DNA from: Planctomycetota bacterium
Lineage (GTDB): Bacteria; Planctomycetota; JAJSAM01; JAJVHW01
Length of the DNA: 64,000 nt
Direction of reading: 5' to 3'
NCBI GenBank assembly: GCA_965248445.1
Contig: CBDFJG010000003.1
Span: 864,001-928,000, forward strand
In this document: positions 41,477 through 50,945 of the stretch, piece after piece
Layout: each line of letters begins with the position of its first letter
Position numbering within the stretch: position 1 is the first letter of the stretch
The notes under the pieces: generated by a model
Told to the model about the DNA's origin: nothing
Databases searched by the model: none
Seen by the model: only the letters and a program-made list of their open reading frames with translations
Position numbers and translations under genes: made by a program

Positions 41477-41773
41477 TCAGGTGGGGTCCGGGACCGGGGT
41501 CTGCTGCGATCCGACCACCTGAACACCGCTGACCACGACCCCATCTGCCTCGACGCGGGACGCGCCGTCCAGACTCGCGACGCCGTTTGGGTCGCCGGTC
41601 GGCAGCCAGCCTACCGAGAGCTTCCCGGTCGGCTCCGCCCTGACGATCAACGACCCACCGGGCGCGTCACTCGCACTCGCGGGGTCCTGGATCACCAGGG
41701 CGCTGCCATCGAGTGTGGCCAGCCCATCGGGCACGCCCGCATCGTCCTCCGTCCAGACGAGCTTCCAGGCCAT
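41477..41773 (-). CDS. Tail-fibre-like protein, possibly truncated
   Basis: Two GxA(T/S)LDG repeats; N-terminus MAWK...TEDD shared with 42064-43032. Confidence 0.55.
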   Translation of the reverse strand: MAWKLVWTEDDAGVPDGLATLDGSALVIQDPASASDAPGGSLIVRAEPTGKLSVGWLPTGDPNGVASLDGASRVEADGVVVSGVQVVGSQQTPVPDPT

Positions 41774-41776
41774 CGG

Positions 41777-42061
41777 CTACTCCAGCGCCATCTGGCGCAG
41801 GCGCGGAGCGAGCGCCTGGTGCCGGAGGAGCTCCAGGGCCATGAGCACCGTCTCGGGACTCGCGGCGTGGGTGTTGATGACCTCGGCGAGGTCGTCGTGG
41901 AGTCGCTGCGTCTTGGCCTTCTGCGGGAGCTGCGGGCGCGCCGCGTTCGCTTCGGGGACGGGCGACCCGGGGGGCTCGAAGACGGCTGGCTGCCGCGTAC
42001 GTGCTGCCGTCTCGCGAGCGGCTCGTGCTTGTGCTCGCGCCAGGAACTCCGCGTCCGCCAC
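41777..42061 (-). CDS. Small hypothetical phage protein
   Basis: GTG at 42061, 2 nt after the upstream stop; fills the gap between neighbours. Confidence 0.5.
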   Translation of the reverse strand: MADAEFLARAQARAARETAARTRQPAVFEPPGSPVPEANAARPQLPQKAKTQRLHDDLAEVINTHAASPETVLMALELLRHQALAPRLRQMALE

Positions 42062-42063
42062 GA

Positions 42064-43032
42064 TCAGTACCAGACCATGGGCCGCGAGAGAGTCGTGTCG
42101 AAGATGATGCGACCCACTGCGGCAGAGCCCGGGTGACCGCCGGTCGTGTAGCCCTTCGGGCGGAGCGCGACGATCTCGTTGTCGTTGAAGTCCCACGCGG
42201 TGCCACCCGCAGCCGCGGCCGGGATGCGCGTGTCGGACAGCCGCCCGTCGTTGCCCGCGCAGGCCTGCTGCGAGCCGGTGCCGAGTGTCCGCATGGACGG
42301 GGTGCCGACGGCACCGTCCTTGTTTGCAGCCGCCACGAGGGCGTCCGTGATCCCGAGGGCCTTCACGCGCAGCGTGTCGGCGTTGATCTCCAGCGTCGAG
42401 CCATCCACGTTGACGTCGAGCGTGTTGCCGGCCTTCGTGAGTCCGGCGCCCGCCTCGATGTCCCCGGCGCTCGCGAACTGCGCCCACGTGAGCGCCGTCG
42501 TGCCGACGACGATGGGTGCGTCCGTCGTCAGTACCCAGAGCGTGTCGGCGTTGGCAGTGCCCTCCTGCACGAACACCGACGCACCGAGCAGGTCGGCCTC
42601 GCTGTTCGCGTCGTCCGCGCGGCTCCATGCCCCGGCCGCGGCGACGTAGATGCCGTTCTCCGCGGGCGCTGTCTGGTCCTTCACGACGACGCGGTCGCCG
42701 GCGACGACAGCCACGCCGTCGATGGACTGCGCGCCCGAGAGCGTGATGTCGCCGGTGGTGGTGGCGCGGGCGGAGTCCTTCGGCGCGAGGCCCTGGGCCA
42801 CAGAGTCCACGTACGCCTTCGTGGCCGCGTGCTGCGCTGCGGACGGGTCGGAGAGGCTCGTCGCCTTGAACCCGCCGAAGTCGAGGTCGCGGGTGAGGGG
42901 ACCGAGTTCGGGAGCGGCGTCGCTCCGCATCGCGGTGGTTGCCGCGCCTGAGACCGCGGTGCCGCCGATGACGGCGGACGGTGCCGCGAACCCAGCGAAA
43001 TCGTCCTCAGTGATCAGCTTCTTCCAGGCCAT
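42064..43032 (-). CDS. Phage virion fibre/decoration protein
   Basis: AATKAYVD, LSGAQSIDGV...GDRVVVKDQT...NGIY, WSRADDA, AGAGLTKAGNTL. Confidence 0.75.
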   Translation of the reverse strand: MAWKKLITEDDFAGFAAPSAVIGGTAVSGAATTAMRSDAAPELGPLTRDLDFGGFKATSLSDPSAAQHAATKAYVDSVAQGLAPKDSARATTTGDITLSGAQSIDGVAVVAGDRVVVKDQTAPAENGIYVAAAGAWSRADDANSEADLLGASVFVQEGTANADTLWVLTTDAPIVVGTTALTWAQFASAGDIEAGAGLTKAGNTLDVNVDGSTLEINADTLRVKALGITDALVAAANKDGAVGTPSMRTLGTGSQQACAGNDGRLSDTRIPAAAAGGTAWDFNDNEIVALRPKGYTTGGHPGSAAVGRIIFDTTLSRPMVWY

Positions 43033-43152
43033 GCGGCGCCTCCGGGTTCAGTCACCGAAACTCGTCGGCTGCGGAGGCTCGGGCAAGGGCTTCGCCGTTC
43101 CGGTCCAGCCAAGCCCGGCGTACGATCGGCTGCAAGCGAGGAGGGCGGGTCA

Positions 43153-43626
43153 ATGACGCACTGGCGAATGCAACTCCATCCTGGGCGGTCGAAGCTCTCG
43201 GCCACGCACGCCCACGAGAGCCTGGCAGCCGGGTTCATCGGGCTGGACTTCCGTGGTAACCCAGGCGACCTCATGCGGGTGAAGAAGGCCAAACTCCCAG
43301 AGCGGCAACGGCACTACTGGGCGTTCGCTCGCGCGATGGAGGTCGGCGATCGCGTCTTGGTGATGGCGCACCACTTCCCGCTCGCGCTTGCCACGGTCGA
43401 TGGCGACTACAATTACATCCGCCGACCGGAGCCTGAAATCGGAGTCTGGTTCCGTCACTTCCGGCGCGTTGCCGACGTCCGGTACTACGCCGACTGGGTG
43501 ACGAACGCGGCGCAGTGGGAGCGGATCACGATGACTGAGACCATCTCGCCGCTTCGAGACGAGACTACGGCCTCGTATCAACTGATCGAGGCCTGGTCGA
43601 CCGCGACGGACGAGGCCGAGGACTGA
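43153..43626 (+). CDS. Hypothetical protein, moron-like (opposite strand within the tail module)
   Basis: GGAGG RBS; GFIGLDF...WAFARAMEVGDRVLV...ATVDGDYNY...HFRRV resembles N-terminal domains of Mrr/McrB-like proteins. Confidence 0.6.
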   Translation: MTHWRMQLHPGRSKLSATHAHESLAAGFIGLDFRGNPGDLMRVKKAKLPERQRHYWAFARAMEVGDRVLVMAHHFPLALATVDGDYNYIRRPEPEIGVWFRHFRRVADVRYYADWVTNAAQWERITMTETISPLRDETTASYQLIEAWSTATDEAED

Positions 43627-43635
43627 GCGTCGACC

Positions 43636-45054
43636 TCACGTCCCCATCGCCTGCCAGTGGATCGTCGGTGCGAAGGTCGCCGGATCCTCCGCGAAGACTG
43701 CCGCGCCGGGCTGCAGCGTCACCTGCGTGCGCGTGACGGCCACGATCTCGACGCTCCCCGGGTAGCCGAGCAGGTGGGCCGTGACCTTCGGGGCGTTCTG
43801 GAAGGGCTCCGGGAACACCACCACGATCGGATCGTCGGGGCCGACCACCACGTCGCCCTCGAGCTTGCGGTTGAACTTGCGTCGGATGATCACGAGCCGT
43901 GGGATGCGCACGTACCGCAGGCCGTCGCCTCGAACGGTGACCCGCAGCCGACAACGCCAGTACGTGTAGGTCCCGGCGACATGCGGACGGTAACCGTCCC
44001 AGGGCCCCGCGGGCGTCGGGCTCGTGTCGATCTCAACCTCAACGTCCGGCGGGACCAGCGGCGTGAGTCGCCACGAGTTCTTGGACGCGAAACCCGGTGT
44101 GCCGAGCGGGAGGAGAGTGCCGTCCCTCTTCCTACTCGCGCCGAGTGCCGGACGGCGCACGGCGCCGAACGGGAGTGCGCCGTCCACCGGTTGCTCGACG
44201 CCAAGGTCCACCTCGACCCGCTGGTGCTCGACCTGACCCGCGTCGAAGGGCAGCGTCTCGTAGGAGCCCCCGGGCCAGTACGTCGCGAAGCAGGGCACGC
44301 TCTTGAACCAACCGAAGGGTGACGCCGCCGCCCCAAAGTGCTCCGGCAAGCGTTCGAGCCGCAGTGCGCCTGCGTCCACTTCGACGTGGGTCTTGGGACC
44401 CGTCCAGCCCTGGGCCGCCTCATCGGACGTGTCCTCGGTGACGTGGTCATCGAGAGGCTCGATCGTGATGCTAACCGACGCGGCTGTGCGCGAGGTGCGT
44501 CCGTTCCGGTCCACGGCCTTCAGGTGGAGCGTCTGCGAGCCGGAGGAGGACCAGGCCCACGAGTACGGCGAGCCGCTCAGATCCGCGGCGACGCGCGTCC
44601 CGTCCTCCCACGTGGCCCCGACGCGGATCTCATGGGTCGCCGCCACGCCATCTGCAGGCGCGGACCAACGGAAGTTGAGGTTCGCCCCGTCCTGTGAGAC
44701 GGCGAAGCCAGAGGGGGTCCCTGGGAGTTCCGGTGTGCCCTCGTCCGCCATCGGCGCGACCCGAACGGTCTCCCACTCGTCCTCTTCGACGAGGCCGCCG
44801 TCGTCGAGGACCGCTGCGGCGGCGAAGGAGTAGGCACGCTCCGGGTGCAGTCCCTCGGCTGTGAACTCCGTTCCCTGCGTGCGACCAACCTCCGTCCAAC
44901 CCGTGCTCCCCTGCTCGCGCTTGAGCAACGCGGTGGTGCCCGACTCTGCGCGAGACCACGAGAGAACGACGTCGACGTACCGGAGGGTGTCAGCGGCCAC
45001 GTGACCGAGGATCCCCCCGCGCGGAGCCTCCCTCCACGCACGCTCACCTGACAC
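43636..45054 (-). CDS. Phage tail protein with FN3-like domains
   Basis: LSWS...GLHPERAYSF; PGTPSGFAV...FRWS; C-terminal VVFPEPFQNAPKV...WQAMG. Confidence 0.7.
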   Translation of the reverse strand: MSGERAWREAPRGGILGHVAADTLRYVDVVLSWSRAESGTTALLKREQGSTGWTEVGRTQGTEFTAEGLHPERAYSFAAAAVLDDGGLVEEDEWETVRVAPMADEGTPELPGTPSGFAVSQDGANLNFRWSAPADGVAATHEIRVGATWEDGTRVAADLSGSPYSWAWSSSGSQTLHLKAVDRNGRTSRTAASVSITIEPLDDHVTEDTSDEAAQGWTGPKTHVEVDAGALRLERLPEHFGAAASPFGWFKSVPCFATYWPGGSYETLPFDAGQVEHQRVEVDLGVEQPVDGALPFGAVRRPALGASRKRDGTLLPLGTPGFASKNSWRLTPLVPPDVEVEIDTSPTPAGPWDGYRPHVAGTYTYWRCRLRVTVRGDGLRYVRIPRLVIIRRKFNRKLEGDVVVGPDDPIVVVFPEPFQNAPKVTAHLLGYPGSVEIVAVTRTQVTLQPGAAVFAEDPATFAPTIHWQAMGT

Positions 45055-47291
45055 GCGCGCGCAGGTTCGTCACGCGGCGTGGCCGACGTCCTCGACGTCT
45101 CATCCTGCGTCCCCGCGCCGGCGCCGCGGTGGCCTGCGCGCTCACCGGCACGGTCACCGCCTGGAGCGTGTACGCCGTGGACTTCATCACGCGCCCGGCG
45201 TAGCGGACGACGATCTTGCCGTCCTCGTCGCGGCTGACGATCCCGGCCAGGACGCGAACCTTCAGTTCCATCGCATTGGAGCCTGTCGAGTAGGGCACGC
45301 GCGTCTTCACAGTGACGATGTCAGCGGCCTCGATGTGCTGCACGCCGGGGTGCGCTTCCCACGAGCACGGGAACGGGAGCTCGCGCGCCTGCACGGCCAG
45401 ATGACGCAGCATCCGCGCGGCCTCGGTCTCGCGCGTGGCGCCGCGCAGGTTCACCTCGCGGATGTTCGTGGGCGTTCCCTCGGGGAGCCCGTCCACCGGG
45501 TAGAGCAGCTCGTCGCACTCGTGCCGGATCGTCTCGTTCCAGAAGGAGCCCTGGATGCCCGACGGCGACTTGCCCCACTCGTCGAGCTTCAGCACGAACT
45601 TCGACATGTTCTGGCCCTGCGGGTCCACGTCGTCCACGAACGTGAAGACCGCCTCGCCGTCCTGGTCGAGCGGGAAGCGCCAGCGCGCGCCCTGGAGCGT
45701 GGCGAAGCAGTAGCCGAGGAAGGCGATGTCGCCGACCGTCTCCATGAGGCTCTGCGGGGTGTCGAAGACGACGTTCAGGCGGCAGCGGCGCTCGCCGTTG
45801 GTGGCGCTCGCGGGCCGCGTTGCGTCATCGCCGGGTCGGTGAACCCAAGCGTCGCAGAAGTCCGCGAAGGCGATCAGGCCGTTGCGCTCCGCGGGCGAGC
45901 CGTTGGCACCAAGGAAGAGGTCCTGGCCGGTGAAGAAGAAGCCCGCCCCGTAGCGTTCGGTCGCCGCTCCTTCGGCTGACGTCACCAGATCGCGGATCGC
46001 CAGCGCGGCGTTCTGGCTGGAGCCGAGGTCCCGCGCCCCGCCCTGAGCATCCGTGCGCGGGTCGTAGAGCTTCGCCCGCCGCGCGATGCAGGTGACGCGC
46101 AGGCTGCCACCCGAGAGGAACGCGCCCGGGCTTCCGCGCAGGCCGAGGAGCGCCGTCCCCGGGTAGCAGAAACCCTCGTGGAGGACTTCGGTCACGTAGC
46201 TGAAGTTGAGCTCGTCCACGACGAGCGGGTCCGTCGGGTGCGCCGTGAGCCGCGTGACGCGGACCTCGTAGGCGTCGCGGTCGAACTCCTCCAGCGCCGT
46301 CGTCGCTCCGCTCTCGCCCTCGATCGCGCGCTGGGTCAGCTCGTCCTTGACGTCGATCTCCCAGCGCATCGTGCCGGGTCGCTCGCCGAGCAGCAGGAAG
46401 CTGTTCCCGCCGGCGGACCGCAGCCGGTTCCAGGAGGAGGCGCCGAGCGTGCGGTACTCGACGCGCAGCTGCACCTGGACGGCGCGGGTGCCGCCATCCT
46501 CCTTGTAGTGGATCATCCCCTGCGGCGCGGTGATGCCGATCCGCAGGTTGTCCGCCTCGCGGCCCACGGTCGAGTAGCTGATCGGGTTGGAGCGCTTCAG
46601 CAGACTGTCGTTCGGGTTGCGCGACTGCTCGATGTCCGTGAAGCCGTCGATCGGCTGCTGGTCGAGCGTTCCCGGGCGCCACACGATCCGAAGACGCCGG
46701 AAGGCCGCCGTCCAGTAGGTCGCGGTGACCCTCTTCCCGCTCGCGGGCGCCCGGCCGAAGATCACCTTGGTGACGCCCTTGACGTTCTGCGTGAACGCAA
46801 CGCCCTCGGCGCCCAGGTACTCGTAGGCGACGCGTACCGTGAACCCCCGCGGCGGCCGGCGCTTGAAGCGGATCTTCATCCGGTGCCGCGCGAGCTTCTG
46901 CGCGCTCCACCGGTAGACGCCCACGCCGCGGAGCTGCTCGAACTCGGGCACGCCCGGCCCCCGGATGAACACGCGCAGGGACCGTCCGAGCACGCGATCG
47001 GTCCGGTCATCGCGACGCAGGTTGAAGGTGAGCTTGGGGCGCGGAAGCGGTTTGAGCGTGATCGGGTCGTACGTGACGCGCGGCGGCGCCGGGACCGTGA
47101 ACTCCGCGCTCGCCGTCTGCGTCATCCACGCCTTCTTGACCCCGTCCACGAAGAGCTCGACGCCGGGCATCTCGTCGTCGCCGAGCACCACCTTGCGGTG
47201 TGGGAAGGTGAACGTGCGCCTCTTGTTGTTACCCCGCCCGAGTTCCTCCTCGTAGAGCTTGGACAGGATCTCACGGTCGTTGATGCGGATC
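45044..47291 (-). pseudogene. TipJ-like tail tip protein, body lacking its 5' end
   Basis: APQGMIHY, YEVRVTRLT, YPGTALLG, SQNAALAIRDL, RYGAG, FADFCD. Confidence 0.75.
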
Positions 47292-47342
47292 GGGGGGTTC
47301 CCGACCTCCGCCGACGCGCGCGCGCTCCGAGTGGAGTGACCG

Positions 47343-47729
47343 ATGGCGAGCAAGACACTCGGCTACGTCCTCGGCGCGGTGCAGGTCATCGCCGGCATCC
47401 TGCTGATCGCCACGCCCTTCGGCGTGCCGCTCATCGTCTCGGGCGCAGCGACGATCGCCGGCACCGCGCTGACTCCCACGCCGCCGCGGCAGAAGCAGCT
47501 CCGGGACTCGCCCACCTACGGGATCGACCGCTTCGACAACCCGCGCGGCCCCGAGGCGCACGTCCCGATCCTCTACGGCGCGCACACGGTCAAGCCCGTC
47601 GTCATCGCCGAGTCGGTCACCGAGGCGATCCAGGGGGTCTCACCCGGTGACATCCGCAACACCCGCCGCCAGGAGTTCCGCTGGCTCGGCATCGTCGCCG
47701 AGGGCGAGATCGCGGACATCACCAAGATC
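47343..47729 (+). pseudogene. Inverted 5' segment of the TipJ-like gene
   Basis: GGAG RBS; hydrophobic N-terminus, VPILYG, VAEGEIADITKI; joins RINDREIL in frame if 47288-47729 is flipped. Confidence 0.75.
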
Positions 47730-47884
47730 TGCACGACCAGGTCGGTCTTCGCGGCACCCTGCGGCAGCGCCCCGGCCGGGAGCTGCGAGACAATCGTCAC
47801 AGTCCGGGACGTCAAGAGGTTGGCGTTCACGACGCGCAGAAAGACCCGGCCCGTGTTCGGGAACGCGTCGCCCCCCGCCGCCCC
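47726..47884 (-). pseudogene. Fragment of a small phage structural protein
   Basis: GGDAFPNTGRVFLRVVN...RTVTIVS...DLVVQI; no start codon, cut at the GATC junction. Confidence 0.45.
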
Positions 47885-48130
47885 TCACGCCGCGTCACAG
47901 GCCGAGGGAGACCTCGCGCGGCCGAGCCGTGACAGCGCACCGCAGGTGACCGTCGAGTCCGCTCCGTCGCTCCGCCCCGCGCGGACCGCGAGTCCCACGA
48001 CTTCCGTGACGCATGAGCAGCGCGAGAGCGAAGCCCGCCGTCGCGGTCAAGGCCTTCGCGAGGTCCTGGACAACATCCAGGGCGAACCCGTCTACGTCGA
48101 AGGCGTGGACGGCCCGCGCCGCAAGTAGTG

Positions 48131-48172
48131 GCGCGCGGCTAGCCGCGCGCGGCTATCAGAGCGCGGCTAGCC
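48131..48172. repeat. 3 x 14-bp tandem repeat containing a 20-bp palindrome
   Basis: GCGCGCGGCTAGCC / GCGCGCGGCTATCA / GAGCGCGGCTAGCC; 48131-48150 is a perfect palindrome. Confidence 0.75.
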
Positions 48173-48430
48173 AGGGAGAGTTTGCACTCGTTGCGTGGAC
48201 GCGCAGGGCGCGGCGGTTGCGCAGCAAGCGGCGTGACCGAAGTCCTCAGTAGCGGTCGGAGACCGCGCTCCTGCTGCTGGAGCAATTGTTCATTTCTCCA
48301 CCCCGCTCGTCCGCTGACACGCGGACTTGCGTCGCAGGCGTTCGTCCGCGTCCCTCGGCGGGACGCCTCCTCACAGAGGGAGACACGCTGTCGGAGTTGG
48401 GCGCGAGGATCGCTCAGCGATCCTCGTGAC

Positions 48431-49162
48431 CTACTCCGACAGCTCGCCGCGGAGGTAGCGAAGGTCCCGAACGAACTGCTGGATCGCGCGCCGCTCGACA
48501 TCGGAGAGGCCGGTGAAGCGACTCTGCACCGTGACGCGATTGCCGGCCGTCACGGCGGTGCTCACGACCTGCGCATCCGCGTGGAACGTGTGCGACTCGT
48601 GATAGAGAGGCAGCCGGAACTCCACGCGCAGCATGGCGCCCTCGCAGAACATCGTCTCCACGTCGAGAGCGTCGAGGTTCTCCCAGACGAACTGCACGCC
48701 GTGTTCGCCGATCGACTTCATCAGGCCGACGCGCGGGTCGGTGCCGGCCGCTTCGATCTGATCCTGCCCCGCGAACACGAACGCAACCTGCTGGTCACCC
48801 TCGACACCGACGCCCTCGGCGCCCACCGAGTGCAGGTACGACTTCGCCTCTTCCTGTTCCTTGAAGCAGCGGATCTTGCGGTCGAGACCCAGCGTCTTGA
48901 AGACGCCCGACGCGAACGTCGGAAGCTCGGCCACGGCGAGGTCTCCGCCGTACTGCTGCAACCGCTTCTGTGCACGGATCAGGGACCCGAGCGCGGTCGA
49001 GTTGATGAACTTCATCTGCGACGTGTCCACCAGCACTTTGAACTGCTGGTTGTCCACCGCACCCTCGATGTGGGCGTGAAACGTGTCGACATCCGTCGTG
49101 TCGAAATTGCCCACCAGGTGGAGCACGTGGATGCCGTCGTCGGTTGCACTGAGGATTTCCAT
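48431..49162 (-). CDS. STAS anti-sigma-factor antagonist with C-terminal PilZ-like domain
   Basis: LVGNFD...FINSTALGSL...VFKTLGLD; C-terminal VEFRLP...AQVV...FTGLSDVERRAIQQFV. Confidence 0.8.
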   Translation of the reverse strand: MEILSATDDGIHVLHLVGNFDTTDVDTFHAHIEGAVDNQQFKVLVDTSQMKFINSTALGSLIRAQKRLQQYGGDLAVAELPTFASGVFKTLGLDRKIRCFKEQEEAKSYLHSVGAEGVGVEGDQQVAFVFAGQDQIEAAGTDPRVGLMKSIGEHGVQFVWENLDALDVETMFCEGAMLRVEFRLPLYHESHTFHADAQVVSTAVTAGNRVTVQSRFTGLSDVERRAIQQFVRDLRYLRGELSE

Positions 49163-49174
49163 CTCGTCTTCCCG

Positions 49175-50509
49175 TCAGGTCGCCTTGGCGAGCACCAGGG
49201 TCAGATCGTCCTGCCGCTCGTCCGTGCCGATGTGATCCTGCGCCGCGCGGTGCAGGAGGTCCACGATCTCGCGCGCCGGTGCGTCGCGATGCTCGCGGAT
49301 CATGTCTTTCGCCCGGTCCATGCCGAACTGCTCGCCGTCAGCGTTCGTCGCTTCGACGATGCCGTCTGTGTAGAGGAACAGGATGTCGCCCGCAGGCAAG
49401 GGAATCGGACCGGTCGCCTCGAACTCGGCGTCGTCGATGACGGCGAGAGCGATTCCGCCCTCCGCGAGCTCCTCGAATCGATCCTCCGCACGCCTGTAGA
49501 TCAGCGGCTCGTTGTGTCCGGCGCGCACGTACATGATCGTGCGCTCGGCAAGGTCGATCTCGCCGTAGAACAGCGTCATGAAGCGTCCCGTCTCGACGTC
49601 GTTCGACAGGAACTTGTTGAGGCGGGTGACAATCTCGGCCGGACTCACGTCCCCCGACGCGAACGCGCGCAGGAGCGCGCGAGCCGTCGACATGAGGAGC
49701 GCGGCGCCGATACCGTGGCCGGACACGTCGCCCACGACGAGCGCCAGACTCCCCGGACCACGGCGCACGTAGTCGAAGTAGTCTCCGCTTGTCTCCTCGC
49801 ACGCGATCGAGAGCCCGTAGATGTCGAACTCCGGGAGGCGCACGCCGCCGCGCGGCAGGAGGCTCTGCTGGATCTCCCGCGCGACGTCGAGGCCTTCCTG
49901 GATCCGCTGCTTCTCGACGTAGTGCTCGAGCAGACGGCTGTTGTCGACCGCCACGGCTACCTGGCTGGCGAGAGCCTTGAAGAGCGTGAGGTCGCGGTCG
50001 GTGAACTCTCGCGACGACGCCTTGCTGTCCACGTAGAGCAGACCGGTCATCTTGTCCTTCACGAGCAGCGGCACGCACATGACCGTCAACAGCTTGAGAT
50101 CGAGGATCGACTGTCCGAGCGAGATCTCCTCCTGATTGGCCGTGTCGATCAGGCAGATGCCGCGCCCCTCGCGCGCAACCCGCATCGCGACCGAGTGGCT
50201 GTACTGAACGTCCTGCCCGAGGTCGATGCCGCGCTCGTCCACCGCCAACTCGATGCGAAGCACGTTCTGCTCGTCGTAGAGCATGATGATCGCGCGCTCG
50301 GCGCCGGTCACCTTGATGCTCTTGGTCACGACGTTCTGCATGACCTCCCGCAGATCGACACTGGAGTTCACCTCGGCGAGGGTCTCCAGGAGCATCGACA
50401 CGCGGCGGCGGTCCACGTCGAGCTCGCCCGTGAGGAAGTCGGAGTAGTCCTCCGTTTCGCGACGCACCTCCTCGGGCAGAAAGACTCCGGTGTCCCGCTC
50501 GGCCTTCAC
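49175..50509 (-). CDS. GAF plus PP2C (SpoIIE/RsbU-like) phosphatase
   Basis: MCVPL...GLLYVDS; AREIQQSLLP, SGDYFD, GDVSGHG, YTDGIVE, DDLT. Confidence 0.9.
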   Translation of the reverse strand: MKAERDTGVFLPEEVRRETEDYSDFLTGELDVDRRRVSMLLETLAEVNSSVDLREVMQNVVTKSIKVTGAERAIIMLYDEQNVLRIELAVDERGIDLGQDVQYSHSVAMRVAREGRGICLIDTANQEEISLGQSILDLKLLTVMCVPLLVKDKMTGLLYVDSKASSREFTDRDLTLFKALASQVAVAVDNSRLLEHYVEKQRIQEGLDVAREIQQSLLPRGGVRLPEFDIYGLSIACEETSGDYFDYVRRGPGSLALVVGDVSGHGIGAALLMSTARALLRAFASGDVSPAEIVTRLNKFLSNDVETGRFMTLFYGEIDLAERTIMYVRAGHNEPLIYRRAEDRFEELAEGGIALAVIDDAEFEATGPIPLPAGDILFLYTDGIVEATNADGEQFGMDRAKDMIREHRDAPAREIVDLLHRAAQDHIGTDERQDDLTLVLAKAT

Positions 50510-50510
50510 G

Positions 50511-50945
50511 TCACGCTCCCTCACCACTGCGGAAACTGCGTCGCGCCCGCCGCACGCGGATCTCCGTACCACCCTCGATCGGTTGCACGTCGATCTCGTC
50601 CATGAACTCGCGCACGAGCAAAAGCCCCACGCCCCGCCCCGTCTCGGCGAAGTTGGTCTCCTTCTTGTCGAACAGGAGGCGCAACGCCGGGTCGTAGCTG
50701 CCCGGGTCCTGAACGCGCAGTTCGACCGCGCGGTCCGAGATCGAGTACTGCAGCACGATCTGGTCGGCGTGCTCGTCGCAGCCGTGCTCGATCGCGTTGT
50801 TGAGGAGCTCCGTGAACACGAGCTTCCAGAGGTCGAGTTCCTCGCCGTCCACGCCTTCGGCCAGGCACGCCGACTCAAAGCCCTCGCGCACCACGGGCAC
50901 GCCGCTCAGATCACTCGGCAGTTGGATGGTGTGACTCTGCTCCAT
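50511..50945 (-). CDS. RsbW-like HATPase anti-sigma/Ser kinase domain (in frame with the upstream ORF)
   Basis: ELLNNAIEHG, VQDPG, GRGVGLLLVREFMD; own ATG at 50945. Confidence 0.8.
   Translation of the reverse strand: MEQSHTIQLPSDLSGVPVVREGFESACLAEGVDGEELDLWKLVFTELLNNAIEHGCDEHADQIVLQYSISDRAVELRVQDPGSYDPALRLLFDKKETNFAETGRGVGLLLVREFMDEIDVQPIEGGTEIRVRRARRSFRSGEGA

Larger units (their letters stand above)
39700..47890 (-). mobile_element. Degenerate prophage remnant (tail tip, fibres, HNH, lysis-like genes)
   Basis: TipJ-like, FN3, fibre-like, HNH and holin-like genes; no capsid, terminase, tape measure or integrase seen; boundaries approximate. Confidence 0.75.

Noticed and set aside
39700..47890. 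Diversity-generating retroelement or invertase shufflon on tail genes
   Set aside because: No reverse transcriptase, TR/VR pair, intact invertase or repeated crossover sites seen.
48013..48128. Possible frameshifted Phd/YefM-like antitoxin (REVLDNIQGEPVYV)
   Set aside because: Too short, needs a frameshift and has no toxin partner.
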